Shown one piece after another: positions 1 through 8,839 of a DNA stretch of 64,000 nt; positions within the stretch are counted from its first letter, which is position 1, and the number at the start of each line of letters is the position of its first letter. The stretch covers positions 773,038-837,037 of the forward strand of contig JAHQJS010000006.1 in assembly GCA_019057385.1 (NCBI GenBank). Direction: 5' to 3'. The translations under genes were made by a program, and so were the position numbers. Source of the stretch: Candidatus Borrarchaeum weybense. GTDB lineage: Archaea > Asgardarchaeota > Sifarchaeia > Borrarchaeales > Borrarchaeaceae. The notes beneath the pieces were generated by a model. It did not search any database. It was not told the origin of the DNA and saw only the letters and a list, made by a program, of their open reading frames with translations.

Positions 1-2
1 TG

Positions 3-734
3 CAGCATTTTGATACAGTCCGAACTTCTGGATTATCATCAAGAGGCGGTATTATTCTATTTGGACCACCAGGTTGTGGAAAGACTGTTTTGATCAAAGC
101 GGCTGTTAGAGATGCGAATGTAAACTTCTTTAAGTTTTCAGCACTTGAATTAAGGATCGCTGGTGGTTTCAACAAATTCAGCGATATGCTTCGCGACGCA
201 GAAAAAGTAGCACCAAGCATCGTTGCTCTAGACGATTTAGAATCAACTAAGTCAATCGCTACACAAGATACTGCAATGTTTATTGCTTCAGAACTAGAAA
301 AAATACCAAAAGAAACCCCACTTATAGTATTTTGTGAAACGAGTGATCTAGCGGGTATGGAGTATATCATGCCTGTTATAGAATATATCTTGCCTGTACC
401 GCCGCCTAATGCTGAAGCTCGCAGAGAGATATTGGAAATCAAGACAAAAAAACTAGATCTTGAAAATGTCGATCTTGTAGAATTAGCGAGGCAAACAAAA
501 TACTTCACAGGAGCGGATCTTGAGAAATTATGTAGGGAAGCATTACGTATTTCATTCACAAAACAGACAAAAGGAAGAATAACTATTTCTATGGATGACT
601 TTCGCCAAGCATTAGCCAAAGTCGAGCCTAGTCTTTCAGAGGAACAGATAAACAGTTTTCGAAGACAAATGCCAAAAATTCAACAAAACAAATTTCCTTT
701 AAGAAAGCATGTCTCACAGGACCTTTACAGCTGA
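3..734 (+). CDS. Cdc48/VCP-like AAA+ ATPase, C-terminal part (5' end outside window), degenerate second ATPase module, HbYX tail
   Basis: Frame open from nt 3: GIILFGPPGCGKT Walker A upstream of the ORF-track start. Walker B reads IVALDD. Lid motif FTGADLEKLCREA. Ends DLYS. Confidence 0.8.
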   Translation, partial: QHFDTVRTSGLSSRGGIILFGPPGCGKTVLIKAAVRDANVNFFKFSALELRIAGGFNKFSDMLRDAEKVAPSIVALDDLESTKSIATQDTAMFIASELEKIPKETPLIVFCETSDLAGMEYIMPVIEYILPVPPPNAEARREILEIKTKKLDLENVDLVELARQTKYFTGADLEKLCREALRISFTKQTKGRITISMDDFRQALAKVEPSLSEEQINSFRRQMPKIQQNKFPLRKHVSQDLYS

Positions 735-766
735 TTTTGGAAATTCCCCTTTATTTCTTTTGAAAT

Positions 767-1519
767 CTAATTTTTTTCTGCTTTTTTTTGCAGATCTTTT
801 TGAAGTTCAGCGTTTTGATACTTCTCAGGATTCTTTAAATAATCTTCAATAACGGTAAGTTCTGTAGTAGACATTTTATCTGCTAACCAGCCAATTCCCT
901 TCGATTTAAATAGAATTAGTGAATGAAGAGCAACACCATGTTGTTTTGCAATGTCAGACGCACCTTGTTCTCTATCAAGTAAAACAACCACAGCATTGAC
1001 ATTGACATCTCTTAACCCTCTTCGTTCTACTTCAAACTTTACTTGTTCAATGCCGATAAGTTTGCTATCAAATTTTGTTACTAAATCATCAACAATAACA
1101 AGGCTATCACTATCCGTCAGTTCGCCCTCTAATAGCGCATGCTCACCATATTGCGTTATTACTGTTTGGAGGTCATTTAAAGTTCTAACACCTTCTAATT
1201 TTCGTGTAAATGTAGCTGGGATACCATCAACAATCGTTATTGCTGTTGCGATAGGTATTCCTGCCATTGCAACCCCTACAACTTTGGTTATTCCTGGAAT
1301 CTCTTGCCGAATCATTTTCCCTAAAGCAATTCCAACTTTCTTAAGAAGATCTGGAAAAGAGCATAAAGGACGTAATTGAATATAGAAGGGACTCCATATC
1401 CCTGAGACCAATGTCCAACCTTGCGGCTCATCTCTGTACCATGTCCTGATAAGTCGTTTCTCATATAATAATTCCATTATTTCTTTTCCAAGAAGTTCTT
1501 TTTCTTCAGCCCACGTCAC
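767..1519 (-). CDS. pyrE: Orotate phosphoribosyltransferase-like protein
   Basis: TLVSGIWSPFYI, GVAMAGIP, VIVDDLVT PRPP motif, VVLLDREQGA. Confidence 0.8.
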   Translation of the reverse strand: MTWAEEKELLGKEIMELLYEKRLIRTWYRDEPQGWTLVSGIWSPFYIQLRPLCSFPDLLKKVGIALGKMIRQEIPGITKVVGVAMAGIPIATAITIVDGIPATFTRKLEGVRTLNDLQTVITQYGEHALLEGELTDSDSLVIVDDLVTKFDSKLIGIEQVKFEVERRGLRDVNVNAVVVLLDREQGASDIAKQHGVALHSLILFKSKGIGWLADKMSTTELTVIEDYLKNPEKYQNAELQKDLQKKAEKN

Positions 1520-1731
1520 GTTTCTGACCTCATTAACAGCGTTTCGAAACTCATCCTTAAAAAAGATAATTTCGTGTTTTCTATTTATATTTTTGATGAT
1601 AAATAAAGGAATTAAATTCTTCAGTAACTCTGTAGTGACAATTCAATATTAGTTTTAGAATATGAGGATTGTGAACATCAAGATTTTTAAAAAGATAATG
1701 AAATACTTTCAATTATACTTGTTAACTGAAA

Positions 1732-2146
1732 GTCAACTACTCCACCCTGAAGGGTAGGGGCTTGAAAAAGTTCCCATAACGGAGTAGGAGATTAGCCTAA
1801 GTGATGTCTCCTCTAGGGTGGAGGCAGATGTGCTCGGTTCGAGGCTGAGTGTCTGAAAATCACCGTGGGATGTCCCCCAGTCCCGCGCTCTGAAAGACAT
1901 GATGGACGCACTAGGTCGTTATCCCGAGACTTACACCATCATCATGTCCTGTGCCTGCCTCAACATTGGCGATGGGGACTTACTCCCTTGGTGTTGGGAG
2001 CGACGGGACTTGAGAGTACCCGTCATTAAAACACCACCTGATGTTAGGTTCACAAACCCCTGTGCTCATAGAAAGGGTTGTGTGAGAAATGCCCGACCTC
2101 AATTTTTCTTCGCCCTGAAGGGCTGGAGTCTACTTGAGGTAATCTT
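1732..2146 (+). mobile_element. ORF-less IS200/IS605 element carrying a standalone omegaRNA (HEARO-like) scaffold
   Basis: Starts GTCAACTAC + CCACCCTGAAGGGTAGGGGCTT hairpin like the iscB elements. Shares ATTAGCCTAAG, CACC..GGGATG, TTGGCGA and GGACTTGAGAGTACC with them. Terminal hairpin at ~2105-2130. No iscB ORF. Confidence 0.8.
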
Positions 2147-2306
2147 ATCAACAATATTTCTTTTTAAGAAATATGTTAGCATTTTCTACAAAGTTAATGC
2201 AATTGTACAAAAGAGTAATGCTTTTATTATAGAACTTACTGCTGTCTTTGAGTCATTGAAATCAAAGAAGCAGAATCATCAACATTCAATAAGGAGTAAA
2301 AGGAAA

Positions 2307-3278
2307 ATGGGTAAGAAGAAAAACAAAACGCGGATTTTTTTTGCTACAGACATCCACGGATCAGAAAGGTGCTTTAAGAAATTTATTAAAGCTGGCGAAT
2401 TTTATAAGACCGATGTATTGATTATGGGTGGCGATATAACAGGAAAAATGGTAGTCCCCATTGTTGATCAAGGTAATGGTACATGGGCAACCAAATTTGC
2501 AGGTTCCTCACATTCTGCTTCCAACAATGACGAACTTGAGGATGTTAAAAAAAGGGTTCGTGCCGCTGGTTTTTATCCATATATCACTAATAAACAAGAA
2601 GTTGAAGAACTTAACGCCAATCCTGAAAAATTAAAGAAGTTATTTGAAGAATTAATGATCGAATCAATGGAAAGATGGATAACATTAGCAACTGAGCATT
2701 TGAAAGACAGCGAAGTAAAGTGTTTTATTTCTGCAGGAAATGATGATACTTATTCAATAGATCCGATTTTGGGTAGTTCGGATGTTGTGATGCATCCAGA
2801 CGAGAAAGTAGTAATGATTGATGACATCCATGAGATGCTCTCCACTGGGAAAAGCAACATGACGCCATGGGCGTGTCCTCGCGATGTAACTGAAGAAGAA
2901 TTAGCAGAGCATATCGATGGTTTAGTAAGTCAAGTAAACGATCTAGAAAAATGTATTTTCAATATTCACGTCCCTCCCTATGGCACAGGAATTGACTCAG
3001 CACCCGAGTTGGACGAGAACCTGAAACCAAAACTTGCTCCAGGTGGAGGTACGATTTCGATTCCAGTTGGAAGTAAAGCAGTTCGCTCTGCAATTGAGAA
3101 ATACCAGCCGTTATTAGGGCTTCATGGTCATATTCACGAATCTAAGGGATATTTCGAAATTGGAAAGACAAAGTGCTTTAATCCTGGTAGCGAATATACT
3201 GAAGGCATACTACGGGGTCTGATTGTAGATGTCGATATTAAAAAGGGAGTAAAAGATTTCATGTTTACCTCTGGTTAA
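2307..3278 (+). CDS. Icc-related metallophosphoesterase (calcineurin-like)
   Basis: ATDIHG, GGD, GNDD, HVPP and LHGHIHE motifs. True start set at ATG 2307 (upstream AGGAG); the ORF-track extension runs through the IS element. Confidence 0.85.
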   Translation: MGKKKNKTRIFFATDIHGSERCFKKFIKAGEFYKTDVLIMGGDITGKMVVPIVDQGNGTWATKFAGSSHSASNNDELEDVKKRVRAAGFYPYITNKQEVEELNANPEKLKKLFEELMIESMERWITLATEHLKDSEVKCFISAGNDDTYSIDPILGSSDVVMHPDEKVVMIDDIHEMLSTGKSNMTPWACPRDVTEEELAEHIDGLVSQVNDLEKCIFNIHVPPYGTGIDSAPELDENLKPKLAPGGGTISIPVGSKAVRSAIEKYQPLLGLHGHIHESKGYFEIGKTKCFNPGSEYTEGILRGLIVDVDIKKGVKDFMFTSG

Positions 3279-3291
3279 TTCATAAACTATT

Positions 3292-4146
3292 ATGGTGAAT
3301 GATATGGTTCGAGCAACGCTAGATGACGATGAAATGTTTAAGCATGGATTAAATATAATTGAAGCCGCTGAAAAGCAAGGTGTATACTTAAGGCTACTAG
3401 GGGCTATGGCAATACGAATGCACATTCAAGATACAGAATTCATGGATCTATATGATAAACTGAGTCGTCTTGGTTTAGATGCAGATAAGAAATTCACAGA
3501 TATTGATTTCGTTGCCTACAAAAAACAACTAAAAAACCTCAGGAAAGTCCTTGAAAACGAGTTAGGATTTATTGTTGACCGAATGATGCTCCAGTACTTG
3601 CGGGATCGAGGACGTTTGATTTACTATGAAAAAAACAATGCCTATCATATAGATGTGTTTTTTGATAAACTTGAGTTCTCGCATAATGTTCATTTTGGCA
3701 AGGATCCTAAGAAAGATGGGCGGCTTCATCTTGACTCTCCAACAATCCCACTTGCGGATATAGTCCTACAAAAAACACAAATCCATCGAATCAATGAGAA
3801 AGATATTAAAGATCTCATCATATTGTTGAGAGCACATGACCTCATTGCAACCGATAATACAGATGAAACCAATCTAATAAATATCAAATATATCGCAGAA
3901 GTGTTGGCTAACGATTGGGGTTTCTGGAAAGACGCAACTGAAAACCTTGACAAGGTTAAAAAATTTTCAGAGAAATATTGGAAGGAAGAATTAATTAGCC
4001 AGGAAGATATGACTGACGTATTGAACAAAGTTAACACCATTCTAGAAATCATTAAAAATGAGCCAAAAACAAAGAATTGGCAAAAACGCGCAAAAAAAGG
4101 CGAAAACAAACAATGGTGGAGAGACGTAGAAGAAGTAGAGCGTTAA
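3292..4146 (+). CDS. Uncharacterised nucleotidyltransferase-fold protein
   Basis: LLGAMAI...TDIDFV (G-x-A, DxD), third acidic residue in HIDVF, and KDIKD helix; 13 nt downstream of the phosphoesterase. Confidence 0.6.
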   Translation: MVNDMVRATLDDDEMFKHGLNIIEAAEKQGVYLRLLGAMAIRMHIQDTEFMDLYDKLSRLGLDADKKFTDIDFVAYKKQLKNLRKVLENELGFIVDRMMLQYLRDRGRLIYYEKNNAYHIDVFFDKLEFSHNVHFGKDPKKDGRLHLDSPTIPLADIVLQKTQIHRINEKDIKDLIILLRAHDLIATDNTDETNLINIKYIAEVLANDWGFWKDATENLDKVKKFSEKYWKEELISQEDMTDVLNKVNTILEIIKNEPKTKNWQKRAKKGENKQWWRDVEEVER

Positions 4147-4223
4147 CTACGTATTTTATCTTCTTATTTCATTTTATTGGTATAGATTAACAAGAATTTA
4201 CGTTTCTAAGTTAAGTGTGATAA

Positions 4224-4478
4224 TTATTTCAATCTTTCTTCTAAAATGGATATTCTTTTTTCAAGAGTTTTAGTATATTCAATAAGAGTCTGTAACAACT
4301 GGGTCGTATTATTCAAGTATTCAAGATGTGCATTCAATTCTTGATTGATTGCAGAAAGGTTTTGTGGTGTAGATGTTTCTGATGATTCCATAGCACTCTT
4401 AATCTCTTCGACTTTGGTGCGAAGCTTGTTCCATGTTGTTTTAAGAGTGTTAAGATAATCTTGGAGGCTTTTTGTCAT
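4224..4478 (-). CDS. Small coiled-coil hypothetical protein
   Basis: MTKSLQDY... with heptad pattern; start placed at ATG 4478. Confidence 0.55.
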   Translation of the reverse strand: MTKSLQDYLNTLKTTWNKLRTKVEEIKSAMESSETSTPQNLSAINQELNAHLEYLNNTTQLLQTLIEYTKTLEKRISILEERLK

Positions 4479-4795
4479 CCTGATCAACCTTTTCGGATAA
4501 TAAAGGACATTCTCTAAACATATTGTAACTTGACTGTTTATATGAGTTCTTGGTTGAGGATTTATCTCACAACATTTAATTTTGTATAATTGAATTTTTA
4601 ATAGCAAGACATTGCATGTTTAAGAAACATGTTTAGAAAACAATGTTTAAAAAATTTTAAACATTTAAATACTCAAAGGCGTTTAGGCTTACAAGAATCC
4701 TATAATCAAGTTATAATAGTAGATATCGCTCATCTATTAACTCAAGGGCTTTATTTTTCTACCTAAATCAAGAAAATGCAAAATGGTGATCATTC

Positions 4796-6424
4796 TTGAC
4801 GATACTCGCATATGTTCTCGCTAGACTCTGCCCTGATACAAGTGAGGAAGTTCTCGAAGACTTAAGCAATTTAGATATGGTTGATGAACTATCAATCATT
4901 CAAGGACCTTACGATGTTTTAATGAAAATTAAAGGGAGAGGTGCCAAAGAAGTCAATACATTTGTCGAAAGCTTAAAAATGATGGACTTCGCGGAAGTAG
5001 TAAAATATCCAAGAGTTCGTACGCTAAAGAAAAAATATGAAACAACGCGTATCGATATGGAAAAGCTATCACCTGAAGAACGTATTGAGAGCTTTGCCGA
5101 AGTTATAAGAGGATATCTATCAGAAGAAGCCATCGAAGAAGCAAGCCGTTGCGTTCAATGCCCGAAGCCATTTTGCGAAACTGGCTGTCCACTAGGTATG
5201 CCCGTTTCTTCTTATCGTGAGGATCTAGATGCTCGTGGCTATTTGGGATTAATAGCTAGCGGGCAGTTTGAAGAGGCATATCGCTTAATTCTCACGACTT
5301 CCCCAATACCCGCTACTCTGGGGCGTGTCTGTCATCATCCCTGTGAGGACTTATGCGTATTAGGTCATAGGGGTGAGCCTGTTTCTATATGTCGACTTAA
5401 GCGATTCGTTGCGGATTATATGTATGAACAGGAAAAACATCTCGCCTATACTACACGTGATATCTTCCGCGAATTCATTAGTGGAGTAGAAAAGAAAAAA
5501 CAACGAGTTGCTGTTATTGGATCAGGACCTGCAGGCTTACAAGTTTCATTTGATCTCGCAGGATTAGGCTATAATATAACACTCTTTGAGGAGCTTGAGG
5601 TTCTTGGGGGCATGTTAAGGTGGGAGATCCCAGAATATCGCTTACCAAAAAGTGTGCTCCAGAAGGAGATTAACAACATCTTGAATCTCGGCATTGAGGT
5701 ACGGACAAATACGCGTATTCAAAATATCGATAATCTTTTTGAAGAAGGCTACGACGCCATTTTTATCGGTGTGGGCGCCCCGATGTCTAAAAGTCTAGGA
5801 CTTCCAGGCGAAGATTTGCTTGGTGTATATCCCGGCGAAGATTTCTTGAAAGACGTAAATCTTGGAAAATATATTGATTTTACCGGAAAAAAGATAGTTA
5901 TAGTCGGAGGAGGAAATACTGCACTCGATTCCGCAAGAACATCACTACGTCTTGGTGCAAAACAAGTATCTATTGTTTATCGAAGAAGGAGACCACAAAT
6001 GCCGGGACATAGTCACGAAATTAGTGATGCAGAAGCTGAAGGTGTCCTTTTATTTTTCCTCGCCGCACCCTTGAAACTTATTGGAGAAGACAAACTTGAA
6101 ATGATAGAATGCATTCGCATGAAACTTGTGGAAGCTGACGAAAGCGGACGACGACGTCCAATTCCAATTGAACACTCTGAATTTTTAATTGAAACAGATG
6201 TGTTTATGCCAGCAATTGGACGGGGTACGGATATCGATTGGCTGAACAGTCTAGAGCTTAGCGAATGGGGTACCATCCCTGTTGATGAATTCGGTGCCAC
6301 GTCACGACCAGGTGTGTTTGCTGGCGGTGATGTAGTCAATGGTGCCTCGGTAGTTGTAGAGGCGTTAGCTGATGGAAAAAGAGCAGCACAAGGTATTCAT
6401 AAGTATTGCCAAGAAAAACTATAA
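4796..6424 (+). CDS. GltD/SudA-type NAD(P)-dependent Fe-S flavin oxidoreductase with N-terminal Lrp/AsnC ligand-binding (RAM) domain
   Basis: EASRCVQCPKPFCETGCP, GRVCHHPCEDLC, GSGPAG, GGGNTALD, YRR, GVFAGGD. N-terminal AYVLA...QGPYDVLMKI is RAM-like. Confidence 0.85.
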   Translation: MTILAYVLARLCPDTSEEVLEDLSNLDMVDELSIIQGPYDVLMKIKGRGAKEVNTFVESLKMMDFAEVVKYPRVRTLKKKYETTRIDMEKLSPEERIESFAEVIRGYLSEEAIEEASRCVQCPKPFCETGCPLGMPVSSYREDLDARGYLGLIASGQFEEAYRLILTTSPIPATLGRVCHHPCEDLCVLGHRGEPVSICRLKRFVADYMYEQEKHLAYTTRDIFREFISGVEKKKQRVAVIGSGPAGLQVSFDLAGLGYNITLFEELEVLGGMLRWEIPEYRLPKSVLQKEINNILNLGIEVRTNTRIQNIDNLFEEGYDAIFIGVGAPMSKSLGLPGEDLLGVYPGEDFLKDVNLGKYIDFTGKKIVIVGGGNTALDSARTSLRLGAKQVSIVYRRRRPQMPGHSHEISDAEAEGVLLFFLAAPLKLIGEDKLEMIECIRMKLVEADESGRRRPIPIEHSEFLIETDVFMPAIGRGTDIDWLNSLELSEWGTIPVDEFGATSRPGVFAGGDVVNGASVVVEALADGKRAAQGIHKYCQEKL

Positions 6425-6697
6425 ACCCAATATCATCTTTTCATATTTCTTAGACTATTTCTCTATTTTTGATGTGTGATTTATTACACATTTTTCTATA
6501 GAAAAAATGTTTTTCTTTAGAATCATATAAGATCAAATCATTGCTCTAACTCGTGGTTTTTTGAAATTGAAACTTCTCGTTTTTCTTTATGCTGTATAAA
6601 CTATGTATGCAGATTTGTTCATCATCGCACAAGTACATACATTACTTAACAGAGTTATATCATCAATAGCACCCTAGAGCGGGGCAATCAAACCTAA

Positions 6698-7258
6698 ATG
6701 GTGGACAATCAGATGGGTCATCAATTCGTATTTCGTATTTCAGACAGATCAATTGGTTTAATAGGTCTCTGTATAACGGTGATGGGGCTTTTCCTGCCCT
6801 GGATGATCTGGCCAACACCTTACTATGCTCTCCGAGAGCAAGTATACGCTGCAACAGCATCGTGTATTTACCCATATTATACAATCTGGGAATTAGGCAT
6901 CACAGGCGCTGGATGGCAAACTTCAATAGCGACACTGATCGCTGCATACGCACTCTTTACGGAAACAAAACGACGCCCAGGATTTCTGTCAGTCAGTAGT
7001 TTAATGATCTTTTACAATGTAGGGTCGATTCTGGCAATGTTCTTCATGTATTATGATTACTACTATTATTACACACCTGTCATCGGTCCAGGACCCTTCG
7101 TAAGTCTCGTCGGAGGAATATTCTTTTTACTATCTGCCCTGATATCACAAACTCGAAGAAAAAGTGTAAGTTTTTGTAGAAAGTGTGGCTCTAGTCTCTT
7201 GAATTCATATCAGTTCTGTCCCTATTGCGGTGAAGAAACGGATACAGAGCAAGATTGA
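6698..7258 (+). CDS. Membrane protein with C-terminal zinc ribbon
   Basis: About 4 hydrophobic segments; FCRKCG...FCPYCG. Confidence 0.7.
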   Translation: MVDNQMGHQFVFRISDRSIGLIGLCITVMGLFLPWMIWPTPYYALREQVYAATASCIYPYYTIWELGITGAGWQTSIATLIAAYALFTETKRRPGFLSVSSLMIFYNVGSILAMFFMYYDYYYYYTPVIGPGPFVSLVGGIFFLLSALISQTRRKSVSFCRKCGSSLLNSYQFCPYCGEETDTEQD

Positions 7259-7401
7259 AAACAACACAAAAAGAAACCTTCTTTTTTTCTTATTCTCTTT
7301 TTGATTTCATGAAAATCTAAATAAATCATTTGATCTACCTGTTTTCTTTAGACGAGAACCAATTTCTGTGAAAATAGTCTGAAACTTGATGCGGTGAATC
7401 A

Positions 7402-8484
7402 ATGCATGACGAAATTAATGAAATCATTCAAGATTATGATATGAATAAGATCACAATAGGTACGATTGGCTCTCATTCAGCCCTGAATATTTTTAAAGGG
7501 GCAAAAGAAGAGGGCTTCCGTACTATTTGTCTTTGTAAAGAAGAAGATCAAATTACATATCAAAGATTTCCGGTAGCTGACGAAATAATAATTTTAGATG
7601 ACTTTAAAGAACTGTTAAACCGTGAAGTCCAGGAAAAATTGAGACGCCTAAACACGATTCTTGTGCCTCACGGCTCGTTCATTGCCTATCTAGATCTAGA
7701 CGAGGTCATTAACGATCTGCAAGTGCCTATGTTTGGAAACCGGCACCTTCTGCGGTTTGAATCTAACCGAGAAAAACAGAAAATATGGCTTCAGAAGGCT
7801 GGATTAAAACAGCCTAGAACGTTTACCGCTCCTCATGACATAAATGGGTTGACTATTGCAAAATTTCCAGGCGCAAAAGGCGGAAAAGGTTATTTTCTAA
7901 TAAATACACCAGAAGCCTTCCAAACAAAAGCGAAAGACATGATTGAGAAAGGATTCATGAAAAAAGAAGATATGGACCAGATTTACTTACAGGAGTATAT
8001 TTTCGGTGTGACAATCTATCCTTCTTATTTTAATTCGCGGCTTAACAATGAAGTTGAATTATTATGCGTAGATAGAAGATATGAATCTAGTATAGATAGC
8101 TTAGGGCGAATTTCTGCGAAAGAACAACTGAATATGAATAATCTCACGCCAACGTACACGGTTGTTGGCAATATCCCGATAACCATAAGGGAATCTTTAT
8201 TATCAGAGTATATCCGAATGGGAGATAATGTGACCAAAATTTCAGAAGAAATCGCACCTCCTGGCATCATAGGACCTTTTTGTCTTGAAACTATAGTTAC
8301 AGATGTTCCCGAGATATTTACCTTTGAAATTTCAGCAAGAATTGTTGCAGGAACAAATGTTGGCATAGGAATTTCTCCATATGCTTATGTAAAGCACGGT
8401 GAGGAGATGTATATGGGAAAAAGAATCGCCAAAGAGTTAAAGGTAGCCATCGCAAAGAAGAAACTTAATATGATTGTTACATGA
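7402..8484 (+). CDS. purP: Formate-phosphoribosylaminoimidazolecarboxamide ligase (ATP-grasp)
   Basis: IGTIGSHSAL, PHGSF, GAKGGKGYF, FEISARIVAGTN; GGTGA RBS. Confidence 0.92.
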   Translation: MHDEINEIIQDYDMNKITIGTIGSHSALNIFKGAKEEGFRTICLCKEEDQITYQRFPVADEIIILDDFKELLNREVQEKLRRLNTILVPHGSFIAYLDLDEVINDLQVPMFGNRHLLRFESNREKQKIWLQKAGLKQPRTFTAPHDINGLTIAKFPGAKGGKGYFLINTPEAFQTKAKDMIEKGFMKKEDMDQIYLQEYIFGVTIYPSYFNSRLNNEVELLCVDRRYESSIDSLGRISAKEQLNMNNLTPTYTVVGNIPITIRESLLSEYIRMGDNVTKISEEIAPPGIIGPFCLETIVTDVPEIFTFEISARIVAGTNVGIGISPYAYVKHGEEMYMGKRIAKELKVAIAKKKLNMIVT

Positions 8485-8495
8485 TGGCGGTTAAA

Positions 8496-8554
8496 AGTCA
8501 CATTTATGACCATTTCGGAAAATAGTCACATTTATGACCATTTCGGAAAATAGT
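8496..8554 (+). repeat. 28-bp perfect tandem repeat (2 units + 3 nt)
   Basis: AGTCACATTTATGACCATTTCGGAAAAT at 8496-8523 and 8524-8551; each unit contains a GTCA-N6-TGAC palindrome. Confidence 0.9.
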
Positions 8555-8566
8555 ACTTAATAGTAG

Positions 8567-8839
8567 GTCAATTACCCCACCTTAAAGGGTAGGGGCTTGG
8601 GTCGTGAGATCTGAGAGCAATTAGTTGATTAGCCTAAGAGAGGTCATATAGTGTATGACGGTATCTACGTTATCAGGAGAGTTAAAGAACACACCAAGGG
8701 ATGCTTCTCTAGTCCCTTGCTCTGTAAACGGTGGTTTAAACAGAGAGGAAACGCTCAGTGATCATCGTAGAGTACTGACTGATAACCTTGGCGAAGAGAA
8801 CCAACCTCCTGTGACGCACGTTAAAGGAGGAGATAGGAC
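8567..8839 (+). ncRNA. omegaRNA scaffold (HEARO) of IscB element 1; guide lies immediately 5'
   Basis: Core nearly identical to the scaffolds at 15087-15365 and 52428-52699; CAAGGGA/TCCCTTG stem. Confidence 0.8.

Noticed and set aside
1899-2306. 136-aa N-terminal extension of the phosphoesterase ORF
   Set aside because: Runs through the omegaRNA mini-element; homology and RBS start at 2307.
8496-8554. CRISPR array
   Set aside because: Two abutting repeats with no spacer and no cas genes; no array seen anywhere in the window.
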